DNA from: Phoronis australis
Taxonomy: Eukaryota; Animalia; Phoronida
Reading direction: 5' to 3'
NCBI GenBank assembly: GCA_002633005.1
Contig: NMRA01000092.1
Coordinates: forward strand, 1-64,000
DNA: 64,000 bases
Of this stretch, positions 52,001 through 64,000 are shown piece after piece. The stretch's first letter is position 1. Each line of letters opens with the position of its first letter. The position numbers were made by a program, and so were the translations under genes. The notes under the pieces are model-generated. The model was not told where the DNA came from, did not search any database, and saw only the letters and a program-made list of their open reading frames with translations.

Positions 52001-54229
52001 TGAATTCAGAAATCGACAGGCAGCAACGAAACCGGTAACCCAGTAAGGCACTTGTACTGTCCCTTCGGTCGCCCCACATCCTCTATAACCCGGCAGTTAT
52101 ATTCATCAAAATATTGAGAATTTGACATCTTTCCATGAGTTGTGAGATTTGTTCGAAATACGAGAGCTTCCCACCTTAATAGAATTTGGAGGTGTGGCAA
52201 AACCATTGTCACATTTGCCACATTTCTCTGGCCTGATTTTTTCGAATATATGTTTTATCTAGTGCACTGCAGACGGAAACTCAGCGCGGCAGACAAAGTC
52301 GCTGAAAGCGGAGGTTTTGACGCTGGCGGCGTTCTTAAACTTTGCAAACAAGGGAATAAAATAAAGTGACAAAAAGATTCAAGTATTATATTTTGAAGTG
52401 AGTTCATGACCCAAGACAATAACTCGTTACCTGTATTGTAATTCAGATTGCTAAACCACCGTCTCGGAGTCCCGGCGTCGTTGCACTCATTGTGATCGTC
52501 GATCTTTTTCTAAAAGTCGGGGATTCGCGCGTTTCCTTAGTACTAGGCGCTAAATCTTCATTCTTTAAAAGTCGGGGTTGAGCGCTTAACCGAGAGGTGG
52601 GCGCTTAACTGGAAATCTTCAAAAATCGCAGGGGGGCGCTTAACCGAGCAGTGGGCGCTTCAATCGAAAATACACTTAAAGTGGGGGATGGGCGGTTAAC
52701 TGAGCATGGGCGTTAACCCGAACGATTACGGTAATTTTAGTTTTCACATGATTTTCCTCTGTTTCTTCGCAACATGGCAAAAAGTTTCTATTATAGTGGC
52801 AATAATACCTTCCCATTTTCGGATGATTTCGTCCTGTTATATGCCACCTAGAGGCCATTTTTATGATGTTTGAGTCTGGTTTGTGAAGCCTGATTCTTTG
52901 TCAGCCAAATCATTCTACACTGTCTCTTAAGAATCATGAAAATGGACATGTGTGTCTCTACTGGGAAGTGCCATAAAGATGATCTTGAATGGGTCTGACT
53001 ATTGTGGCGCACTCTGGTGACAATTTAAGTTTTTGTCAGTACCTCAATACAACGTCCTTGATGAATCTTTATTAAATTTCGCATGTGTTTCTATTGATGA
53101 TAGTACAACTGGAGTGAATTTTGGGACAAATTTGACTACTGTGGAGTTGCATTTTGTTTTTAACTTTGCATTTGCCTTCATATCTACCTAGTGGATGTTA
53201 ATGAAATTTGGGTAATAAATTACATAACATGCACAATAGCACCGGAATGTGACCTATGTCGCACCCCTTTGGCCTTTTTATTGTTTTGTCAACTGCCTCC
53301 CTATCTTTCAAACTTGGTGAAGAATCTTGGAGAAAGGTGGCAGGCATGTTCCTGTAGAGGAGAGCATTTCTGTCATGCCTTACGCCCCCTGGAGGCTATT
53401 ATTAGGCTTACTAGAATTGCTTGGCTAGTTCGAATGTTTAAAAAATTATGATCCCTTCTATCTTTGCGGTATGCGATGCACATGGTGGGTGCATATTAAC
53501 ACTCTGCATTGCTTTTGTTTATATTTGTATCCTCCATGCTGCAAATCAAGTTGCTGCAGAGGTTTTGAAAATTGTTCTCTGTTTACCACTGTCATTTTTT
53601 CTCATATACAGTCAATGAACAGTGTCAATTATCTTTGGAAAGGATTTGCAGTAGTTCTCATTTATGATGTCATTAGAGCTGTCTCATGTCAGTGGTAAAA
53701 GGACTGGGCCTAGGGTATAATCTCCAAACTCAAGACTCGACTTGAAACTTAACCAATCGCATGATATGAGCACACATTTATAAGTTTTCTCAAAGTGTGC
53801 CATAACAGTAGTCAGTTTTGGAGTTGCATTCTAAGTGTAGAGATTAGACCGTGGGTCCTGGAGTCATAACTTTGTTGAAAGTGTCAGTTCAAGTCTGTAC
53901 AATGTATTTGGGAATTCAGACTAGTCGTATGGTCTCCACAACTTTCTCCCAAAAAATGGTTTTATCTCACTTCAGTGAAGTAAAAAATCTTAGAGAATAT
54001 ACTGTTGGTTGCTTATTGACTTTAATTGTTTTTTTAATATTACTCAACTTTGAGGTGCAAACAATTCCAAAAAAGTTATTTAGAAATAGCAAAGAGGGAA
54101 CATAAGACCAAGTTTTAGACTCAATTAAGTCACTTTTCATGAAACTGACCCTTGTACTTGATTAGGACCCTGTTTCACCCACTTCACAGATGTCACCGCA
54201 TGTGCCTGGTGGAACAGTCTCCGAGCAGG
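37051..54229 (+). CDS. SAM-domain signalling adaptor, SLP-76/LCP2/CLNK-like; N-terminal seven exons, 3' end not resolved
   Basis: Exons 37051-37122 (duplicate 39491-39562), 43085-43150, 43742-43797, 46866-46937, 48374-48429, 49652-49695 and 54166-54229, all GT-AG with junction phases 0,0,2,2,1,0. Protein: MSRLPSVDEVEVWSILDVSNWLKK|IGVDDEGRLSFQDKYIDGVKLL|ELTETDLSLYPKVKIKYRK|LILKHIKELNAAVDNGNKKEKKSR|FFNKTKKAPKALPTRSAVG|NPTHHGEDSDSSFD|DPVSPTSQMSPHVPGGTVSEQ. The SAM consensus (W...V..WL...G......F....IDG..LL.LT..DL) is clear; the family call is inference. Confidence 0.75.
37427..38009. repeat. Composite of tRNA-like units and a ~140-bp inverted repeat
   Basis: Minus-strand B-box GGTTCGAGTCCCACC (~37448-37462) in a unit repeated at ~37780. 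Block 37526-37663 recurs inverted at 37878-38009. Confidence 0.65.
38779..41066 (+). repeat. Second copy of 36333-38734 (promoter and exon 1 of the SAM gene), probably an uncollapsed haplotype
   Basis: Near-identical ~2.3 kb direct copy following the single n at 38735. It shows scattered SNPs and indels, and a synonymous TCA/TCG change in exon 1. Confidence 0.85.
44692..46040 (+). mobile_element. Helentron-associated (HINE/DINE-1-like) non-autonomous element with internal tandem repeats
   Basis: Starts TTTTTATGCACCCAC, then a short palindrome and CCGT/GTCC microsatellite, then repeated units carrying GCGCCACCTAGTGG-like motifs. Ends with GGGCGCAT plus a small hairpin. A second 5' end occurs at ~45882. 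Confidence 0.55.
49734..53515 (+). mobile_element. Second HINE/DINE-1-like copy, interrupted by the Tc1/mariner element
   Basis: Same TTTTATGCACCCA start and GGTGGGTGCAT end as the 44692 family; the repeat units resume after 52733. Confidence 0.5.
50296..52731. mobile_element. Non-autonomous Tc1/mariner-superfamily (pogo/Tigger-like) element
   Basis: Perfect 24-bp TIR CCGTAATCGTTCGGGTTAACGCCC, TA on both sides (50294-50295 and 52732-52733), and repeated subterminal GGGCGGTTAACCGA / GGGCGCTTAACCGA motifs. No transposase ORF recognised. Confidence 0.85.
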
Positions 54230-57200
54230 GTAAGTCTTCCTTCTCAATGACCAGTTGATTAAATGCTTTTATTCCAAGTGGGATCAAAGTTGTTTATTTT
54301 ACACCTGTCTAGCACAAAGTTTGAACAGAAATCTGTCACCATGTGGATGCTTTGACGCTGCTTTTTATGAAAATCATAGTCTCATGTGCAGGTTTCACTG
54401 AAAAAAATTACATTGCGTCGTGTGTTTGTGTGTGCATATGCACGAGTGTGTTTAACCAGGTAACTGTAACGTTTTCAGACTGCAGTCAGCAATGGCAACA
54501 AGAACTGAATTACACTGTGCAATTGTTAGAATACACTTGCAACACAATCACCAATACTTCTGTCCTCTGGCTGAAATGCAGCACAACTTCTGGCATGTTG
54601 ATCTACTTAGTGTGAAGATCACTTTTCATTAATTGTCAGATTTTGCTGTTCACGATCTGACCAATCAGATGCTGTAGAAATCACAAACCCTCACCACAGA
54701 GTGAGCAGACGATGTCAGTACATCAAAGGAGGTAAGAAGAAGCTAAACCAATAAGAGAATGATGAAAATATCAGAGGATAGAAGTATCAGTATTGTAATA
54801 AAACGAAATATAGATTGATTCCTCTGGCATTTCATATGGACCTGATATCACCCTCGGGATCGGTCCGTATTTGTATAATTTTTGATTTTTAGTTGGCGAC
54901 TCAGGTGTATAAGGCATGCTCATTACTACGACTGATGCTTATAAAGTGATAATGATATGCTTCTATGCATGTCTATGGAGCTTTTCTCGCTCTGTAGCAA
55001 TTGAACAATAAAACATGTACATCTATTGCCATTTTTGCTCTCATGTTTTTCTTTGGCAGCCACTGAATGGCAATAACCCTAGGTGACACTTGAAACACAC
55101 CTGGTGTATTAACATGTGAAATGTTATACAGTGTATATCTTGTGTGTTGAAAGACCTACAGTTCTCAGTTGTGTGATACTAATTAACATACATATGGTTA
55201 CATATTGTACTGTTGTGTGTACATTAAATTGCATACAATCAGGTGTAAGGTCTTATGCTACAATTGGCAAAGCGCACATATCTGAAAATTAAGAAATGGG
55301 GTAGTTGGGGAATTGATGCTTGTTTCTTAGGTCACAGCAATTTAAACCCTTCGAGAAGAACTTTTGACAATTTCTTATCGGTGCTGTAGTGGGGCGTAGG
55401 TGCACATAGGTGCAGCCAACCACCTTTTGGCATTTGAACGTAGCGTCTACGCACTGTAAGTTATGTTCAGTGCTCAAAGTAATACGGTGGACTTTGGGCA
55501 GCTACTTACTTCTTATGTTACCACTACAGCACTGTTTCATATTCGTAGTTGGTGTGAATGTACTGAAACTTTTGCACTTCCACTGCAAAATTACGCCATT
55601 GCCCCCAAAAGAGTGACTGTTCAAATTCAAGCTCATTTACTATAATAATTAATGATTTTGTTCTCTTTAAATGTCTGTCTCCCTGGGTGATGGTACCTAT
55701 CTTAGTTACCTTTAGTTACTATCTACTTACTAATACTTTGCTGGGGCTCTAGTGTCCACATCACTTCAAACCACGCTCATTTAGCACAATATCACGTGTA
55801 CAGTGCAGTAAGAAATTTAATTTTTATTGCATTTGTCATCATGGTATTAGGCTCACAAAAATATTTCTAGTTAAAAAATGAGGGCTTGATCTGGTGGGAA
55901 ATCGGGAGCACAAGGTTGTAGTAAAATGTACATGATAACGTCACATGAAGAGTGAACTTGGCACAGATGCGCGTGCTTATGAGAAAATTGCTTAAATAAT
56001 GTCGAAATTAAATCAAATTCAGTCAAAGTCATGCCAAATACTGTGAAGATCTCTGGAGAATTCAGAAAAATTTGAAGCTCTAACTTGTGTTTCTGGATAA
56101 TATCTAAAGAACTGATTGACAGATTTCTTCAAAACTCGACACAGAGGCATGTGATAAGATTGCCCGGGCATTTTTTGATTTTCGGGCAGATTCAGCAACT
56201 GTTCTCAAGGGGTTTGCACGTGTTATTTGCAGATGATATGTAATGAAACTATTGACAGATGTCAATGAAAATTGAAATTGACATAGGCGATGTCAATGTG
56301 CCAGACCCTTCGTTTTTGAGTGGATTTGTCCACTGCAGCAATATGACAAGGGGTTTTAAGTGCTATTTGATGGAAGAGTGTTTGTAGGTGACCATGTGCC
56401 AGCACTGTTTTGTTTTCGACGGATTTTTCAAGTTTTGCTTTTGGGAAGGGTGTTTCCAGACGATATCTAGAGAACTGATTGACGGTTTTCAATGAAACTT
56501 GACTCAGAGATATGTGACGACAATGCGCCAGCACCATTTGATTTTCAGGCTGATTTATCTACTGCAGCACCTGGTGGTGGTCCTTAGAAATGTATCATTT
56601 GTGATGCGCTGTGGACGCAAATCTATGCCCCAGCGTTTCTCCTGATGAAAACCTCCGGAACTAAGCAGTTTGGCGCGTACTCTTGATCAAATAAATGTAG
56701 TAATTTAGTTGATAAAGAAGGATTTATTGTACATTTAGATTGCCTTTAACTCTATACGGAGTGGTTGGTGCATGCCTGCCAAAAACTAGCTCTGCCCTTG
56801 TACTAGATCTATTAGACTGTGTAAGAACTTTTTGACTAATCGATCCTTGCATGCTCTCTAACTCTTCCAGAATCTTTGGATTATTCTGATGCGAGTAACC
56901 TTGTGAGTACATTCTGCTTTTAATTTTATTTCAATACAGCATGCGCTGATTGCTTTTTCAGTTTTTCAGTAGACAGGGGTGGATCCAGGATTTTCGAAGG
57001 GTGTGGATAATTCAGTAGTGGTCTTAAACCCCCTTTCTTCCTGTAATTAATGACCTCTGTAACAAAAACCCTTTTAGCATCATCATTTTGTGAACAGTTC
57101 CTGATTTAGGAAGCTGTAAGAGGGGGTAACCACAATTTCCAAAGGACAAGGATTCGCAATAGTCGGCAGCAGTTATTTACTCATTGCTACAGGAGGTTTG

Positions 57201-60149
57201 AGCAATGAGTGGACTCCTTGTCGACAAAATTTAAGATCCACCACTGCACAGTTGGTGTTACCATTAATGTAGCATCTAGCTAATGTACGGTGAGCTTAGC
57301 TGTCTCATCCAAAGATTTTTGGCGGTACTTAATCCCAAGATCGACTTCACTGTTCTTGACTTTTTTGAAGACTGCAACCTATGAGGGGGGTGTGGGTGGT
57401 CACCCAGTCCATTTTCCAGGATCCACCTCATGTAGGTTGTTGACAGCCAGCATGCAGGCTCTAGAGAAAGTGTTCAATGAATGTCCCCCAAAAATCACGA
57501 TTTGTTTTGCTGATCCAAGTTTTCATTGTGTCATATTACAGGCTGTAGTCTCACCTTCGACAATCTATATTAAATGGTTACATTTGTAAATTTTGTTTTT
57601 ACAAGTGCGTGTGTTTTTAGAACATCTCTCTGACCACATCCATGTCATCAATTGCCAAGACGGATTTTTTGTTTTATGTGATGTCACCACGAAAAACCTT
57701 AGAAGCAAACTGTGACACACACGACAGCTGCATACAACGGTGTTCTTCTGAATGCTGTTGTCGTCAGTCTTTCATTGGTTACTCTGTGTTGTCGCTGTAA
57801 TGCAACTGTGTGAAAAGCTGGCTTCACCTAACATTTCATGTGCCTTTGTTTGTGTTACTGGATGTGTTGTTATTTAGCATTGCTGCGGATCTGTGGATTG
57901 CGCAGTACATCAAAAATAACCAAAAAAACTTGAAGAGGCTGCTGAAAACTTTATACAACACTTAGATAAAAAATAAAACCACAACAAAAAACAGAATAAT
58001 TCAGATTTCTGTAGGGAATATACCTTTAGAAGCAATCAGTAAATTCCACTCAGTTCTGTAGTAAAATTATGTAAAACTACTTAAAATCTCACCAACTTGG
58101 GATGAATGTTATTGGTTTTACCGATACCCTTCATTCGAAGTAATAATAAACTTAAAAGTCTTTGAACATTGTTAAATTATGCCCACGATTTCTCAAAAAG
58201 TTGTAGTTAAAAGTACCGTATAGAACTTAGACATGGATCCCATATATTTAGGGCTACACAGAAATGGAAAAGATCAAATTTTGCTTCTCGAGCATTATAA
58301 TTGTACTGTACAAGCCAAAAGGATTCAGACGAAATGACCCAGAATTGCCCATCATGACCGCTTAGCTGAAGTTGATTCAGAATTCACCGCCAGAGTAGTC
58401 TCCCCTGATGACTGAGAATGAAGGAGAATTAACAAAAAAGTTAGTCGGTCAAGCCATTCTATAATTGACCTATCGCCAGGATTTTGAGGGATGGATGAAC
58501 TGACCAGTCAGAATGCAGCAATCTTGACACACCTTCGTTTACAAGCTACCATTTTACTCAACAAACAACACGTTGCTGGGTAAAACTTGTTTGTCAACTT
58601 TTGGCGAGGGGGCGGAGCTTGCGATAGAATATTGGTTCCCTAACATTTGCTGCCAGTAATTTTTGCTGTTAACCAAATTACTAGTAGCCATCATGACGGA
58701 GAAAGCAGTATCTTGTCTGATTACTTTTGACTTGAAGTATATAAATTAATTTGGTTACAGATGCTTAGTAAATACTCTTTGTGTTACAAAACCTCCAAAC
58801 TGGTCCTCATGCTACCTTAGGGTGATTCTCAACTTAACGTGAAGACCTGATAAAAATCAATTAATGGAGCTTCTGAGTGAGTTGTCCCTACCGATGAGGC
58901 CTGTTCCTCATGCATTTGATCAGTAAGGACCTTTTTCTGAGTCAGATGTCGACTAGGTCCTGACAAATTAATATCCGCCTTTCATGCTATCATTTTCTGT
59001 GTCATATTGTTGTTTCTGAAGAGATATCATTTCAATCCTCACATGTGATCAGATTGTGTATTTATGGGTATTATCAAGTGAGGATTTATGTGTGTTATTA
59101 AATATACATTTATTAGACATATGATTTATGTGTATTCACTATTAATACATGTATGTATGTGACATAGTGTTTGTCGACTGTAACCAGGTTAATGCCCGAG
59201 TCATACATTTGGGCATTAAAAGGGGAACTTTTTGTTAACTCTGAGGTGGACGATTTAACAAATGGAGACATTAACTAGACCAGGTACAGTAGATGACGAG
59301 GCTATTGTCCACTTTTAATTTATTCCTTGCCTGTGATTCTCAACTGAGTTTCATAATGGTATTCATCGTGTTTCATTCACATTTAAAACAGTCTGCACCC
59401 TGCTAAAAAAGAAAAGTCAATTTGTTGTTCACTCTCACAAAATTGGTCTCTTAATAATCCTAATCATGTTAGGATTCAATTTTATTACGAGCTCAAGTTG
59501 CAGGCGTCGCATACTTGTATGAATGGTCAACTTGGGTCTCGTGAAAGTTATTGCCTGGGGCCACTGCTATCGTCAACAATTAAAGAGCGGTTTCGTCGCT
59601 AATAGTTTGCTTATATTTTGCTCGAATAATCACCAATTTAACTAGAAATAAGTTTTATGTCAATTAGGACGTGTAAATGTTCTCAAATTGTGACATTAAA
59701 AAAGTCTTCTCATACACGGGATGCATCAGCACTCCCTTTACTCCAAAGCTGGTATGAATGATTGAATTAACTTTGCAGTTTTCATACTGGAGTTAAGTTA
59801 GTATGATAATGAAAGGGTCTTTAGAAAGTACTGTGTGCCTGTCATTGTGTCCACTATCTTAGGCTTATTGCATTGGAAATGCAAGGGTATTGTATTCCTC
59901 TGTCTGCAGGTGATCAAGGTGAGAGGTGTATTAAGGAAACTTTTAAGTCATGCTGAGAACTATGGTAAATGATAAAATCATCCTAGTGCCAAATTTTAGA
60001 ATCAAGAAATTTCAGTTTTTTTTGGAGTTTCCATCCTGAATTCAAGAGACTGTCCCAAATTGGAGAATTTTTAACCATACTTAGTGGGCTCCCGCATTTT
60101 GTAAACCAGTTTTCTCTGCTGAATACAATTGTATCACATTGGTTCTCAA

Positions 60150-61050
60150 AATCCCTCCGATCAATGTAAGTGTATTGCTTGGGCATGCACACGAGATAAG
60201 AGAGGAAACATTTGTAGTTTTGACCTACTTATACGAGGAAGTATCCATTATGTCTTTTATTGCAAGATTTATAATAGCAGTGTAGTTCATTGATAGCTGG
60301 TAAAAGGATGTGGCATTACAGTGTGCAGGACTACATTTTGAAGGTTTACTAGTTATTCCTCGCTGGATTTGTGTACGGTGGATGCATGGCCATGTTGGCA
60401 CGTACATGGTTAGGTAAAGGTATGTGATGGGCATTATGTCTGAGGTATTTCAACCCTCTCTGTGCTCACAATGTGAGCTCCGCATAGTTAAACTCTCTAT
60501 CCAATCAGCTCAGCTTTTGAAAACTGCAATATGAAAACCACGTTTTTCGTGCGTTTGTTAAAAACTGACATTGCTCAATAGACTGACGTGAATGTGACAT
60601 TTGTAGGTTAGTGTTCTGTGCTGAAAATAGAATACTGGCAGTTCAAAGACACCGACACTTAACCATGAAGGATTAGCTTTCTGGCCAGGAGTGAAAGACA
60701 AATCAAGCTATGCATGGGTAGACAATATCTCCTTTCACCTTTTATTGTCTCACAACCATTGTGTCCTGAGGAGGCTTTGTTTAGTGTGTATATTTTGATA
60801 CCATGTTGATTTATGATAGATTTGAAAGGGGTATTTCCCTGGCTGTTTATCTGGTAATGTTGAATTCTTAACCAAAGCATTTTGGAGTTTAAAAACATTA
60901 TCTGTATTCTCTCATACCTAGCTTCTATTGTGAGTATGCCGTATCATGACCTGATAAGCCAGGCTGGGGACTGCTTTCAAAAGATTAGCTCAAGTCTTAG
61001 GTTTTCGTTGATAAAATGGCTACTACTTAATTAAGCAATTTTGAAAATTC
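60150..61050 (-). mobile_element. Degenerate LINE ORF2 C-terminal fragment
   Basis: Minus frame reads SPAWLIRS*YGILTIEARYERIQ, resembling the post-RT region of non-LTR elements; interrupted by stops. Confidence 0.35.
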
Positions 61051-61101
61051 TTAAGACATAGTGTAATTTTCAGTCCTTTGTTCAGATTTTATGGTTTCCA
61101 T

Positions 61102-61508
61102 CAGGGCCCGGTCTCTAATCTTTGTACTCGAAACAAACTCGAAACTATTTTTGGCAATTTCTCTGCTCCTTTTGTGCGAACTTAAGATAATTGGTTATCA
61201 GACTGTGCTCGAATACATTATAGTTTATGCATAGGAGTTTCTAGTTCAAGTTTGCCCTTGAAGACCCTTATATTCGTGCTACAAACTCGAGTAAAAACTC
61301 GAAATTTCGAGTTCAAACTCGAACTTATTGCTTTAATATTGGGTTTACAAACTGTGAACTAAGGGCAATAAATTATCTACGTAAGTTATTGTGTACTCGA
61401 GCATAGAATAATAGACACTTATCTTGAGTTCGCCAAAAAGTAGAATACAAAATGCCAAACCTAATTTCGAGTTCCATTTCGAGTAAAAAGATTGGAGATC
61501 GGGCCCTG
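61102..61508. mobile_element. hAT-type MITE
   Basis: TIRs CAGGGCCCGGTCTCTAATCTT... / ...AAGATTGGAGATCGGGCCCTG; 8-bp TSD GTTTCCAT / GTTTTCAT (one mismatch); internal ACTCGAA repeats. Confidence 0.75.
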
Positions 61509-64000
61509 GTTTTCATGTCCCAAAAGAAAATAGAAAAGTACTGCCTTGACACTTTTAAATCTTTTGTTTATATATGATCTGATAAGAGACAGTAATTACC
61601 CTCACTATCATGGTCGTAGGAAAGGGGGGGGGGCGGGGCTCATGCTCCCCAATAATTTGCAGGCGTCAGGGTTTAACCACAGCAACTGACATACAAAAGC
61701 GTGGGAACAGGGACAGTCAAGAAAAGAAAAACATCAAAACAAGGAGAAGAGAACAAATCCAGAACATTTGACAACTGTCTCTGCATGAAGGCCCTGGCCA
61801 TTACATTGTCGTTAGGGGGCTCGCTTTTTGTGGCATACGTTACCTAAGTACACTTGAAAACGTGCACTTTATCATTCATACGTCATATATTTCGAAAAAA
61901 AATCGAAAGCATTCGTAAAGCACAGCTTTTGCAGACTCGAGTGTATTTAATTTACTAGGTTTTTAAATTCAATAAGACAATTTTGCGAATGCAAAACAAT
62001 ATTTTTCCAGAGACCCAGCTCTCATGGCTCAGGGAGGGGATAATGGATACAACTATGGCTCTATTTCTTTTGTTGTTTCCTCAAAATGGTATATCACTTT
62101 AGGAAAATTGATGACCTTATAGATTGCATCAGTCGCTGAGCATGTCTTGTTTTTTGAAAGCATACGTCTTTTCATATTTATTGGCCCCGCTCTTTAAGGG
62201 GAAACTCCTGGCCTCAGTGGAAGTGTATCATTTTCCCTAGCCACCAGAAACTGGACTACCCGTTTTTCAACAAGGGATATTGAAACAACTCCAAACTAAA
62301 AGGCACTTTACCATAGACCTCCGGACATCGCTCTTTCAAAAATACCTTCAAAGAATGACGCTGAAAAATGAACTTTTCCCAAACTGGATCATAATAAACT
62401 GAACCTCGAACGTAGATCCAGTGCAGATAGAAGGCACGAAGCTAAGCTGTTTGTCTCAAGCATTTTTGTGTCAGTGAGTCATAGCTGAGGTGACCAGCGC
62501 TTAGCCTAGCTTAAGTTCATTCAGTTTGTATTTTCATACTCATCCTTTGGCAGATCTCAACTACAGTGGCTTGAGGACTTGAGGGAAGTGATATGTGTAA
62601 ATGTAACAATTTCATTGAAATGTCACAACTGTTAAATTTCATTGTTACAGTTCAAATTGCTAGGAATCTCCTAAAATGCAACAGTTTGTTACATTTGTTG
62701 TTATTGTTACAATTTACCCCCCTAAATTCCTCTATGGTATCAGGGCCTTATGTAACCTAGTGAAGAGGTTCACTCATCTGATGAAGAGTCTACTTAAGAT
62801 AAGTGAGAATGGAATGTGGATAAATCTGGTTGGGCTGACCACCTGACACTGGAGATATTCAAAAGATTTTATCAAATCGATCCTTATCTTGTTTAAAGGG
62901 GATGTTTACAGCATGCTTTCTGTTTGTTATATTAGATTTGACTGCCTTGCATTTTTGGTTTTGGTTTTGGTTTCAAAGCTATAACTGCAAACACAAGCCT
63001 CATATAAATCAACAAAATAACAAATCAAACTACCTTCCATTGGGACAATGAAACTTTTGAATTTTGCTATCAACTCACCTCTTTGAAACAATACTGTAGC
63101 CATGCCTCAAATGTTTGATTTAACTCCCCTGCTAAATAGTAAAGTGAGTAATGGTTGGTGTCTAACCCAATGCATGACTGGTGATGGCTGTCGGTGGGAT
63201 GCGTTTCTTGAAAGTTACTGGACACTTTAGCCAGAAATTTGGTGTTAGGCTCCACACAACTGTTTCAGGAATATAATTTAATATCATTTGGGCAAAAGAA
63301 CAAAGTATCTGAGAATATACGCATTAGATAGTTGCTGGCTACTGAGATAATTTCTGTGAATTATTTCTAGACTGATGCTCTCATAATTTCTTGGCTAAAC
63401 CTTTTAGAAATTGTGAAGCGGAAGCCCGAGAACAAATTTCTGACTTAAACAAGTCTTTGGAAAGTGTAGAAAGACAAATTTGGCAGCGATTTTTATCCGA
63501 AATTGGTGAGATTTTACCTAAAAATTTACTGTGTTCAGCAGCAGGTCCCAGGCAATGACCATAGTTTAGCTGAATGGCTGTTTTAAAAGCTAGAGTTCCT
63601 GTAATTTTGTTATTTATTAAGAAGTTAATCAGTTCAAGATGGAAATTTTCTCAAGTCCAAAAGTTCAGGGACCCCTGGAACACACAAATTGTTGGATTGG
63701 TATGAAACTGTCATCAACTGTTGCCAGCTCCATAGAAACACGTCTGTCAAATATCACAAAGTTCTTGCAAAGGGCTTTAAGGAAATACAGCCACAAACGC
63801 AAAAAAAAAATCCCCAATAAGGGGAGCCAGAGTAGAGAAACCTGTCCGAAAAACAATGTCAGACACGGTCTCCTCATTAGGAACAAACCTGCCAATTTTC
63901 AAAAGGATTCTTCAAGCGGTTTGACAGATAAGAAGGCGGACTGTTGACAGTTCACAAACAACAGGAAAGACAACAGTTCTGAAATTGCAAACAAGAGCAG

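Noticed and set aside
62778-62815. Hammerhead ribozyme core (CTGATGA); also at 56642
   Set aside because: No convincing stem II followed by GAAA and a cleavage triplet.

Overview
AT-rich, intron-rich animal (most likely invertebrate) genomic DNA, not prokaryotic; most ORFs in the track are spurious or only partial exons. I assembled four spliced genes by hand from GT-AG exons with consistent phases. (1) The 5' part of SLU7 (minus strand, runs off the left edge). (2) A complete NOA1 mitochondrial circularly permuted GTPase (plus strand, 646 aa). (3) A complete PCGF3-type Polycomb RING/RAWUL gene (minus strand, 228 aa). (4) A gene largely missed by the ORF track, built from 44-72 bp exons, encoding an N-terminal SAM domain resembling the SLP-76/LCP2-CLNK adaptor family (plus strand, 3' end not found). 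The genes form two head-to-head pairs. Between SLU7 and NOA1 lies a nearly intact, intron-containing Merlin (IS1595-family) transposase with one frameshift. Two apparent tandem duplications, each joined by a single 'n', look like uncollapsed haplotypes; one exposes a presence/absence tRNA-derived SINE insertion. The rest is TE debris: TIR elements and MITEs, Helentron-associated repeats, LINE and LTR fragments, foldbacks and minisatellites. I found no strong evidence for a wholly new biological system. The best leads are the SAM adaptor gene, the Merlin element and several unusual TE structures.
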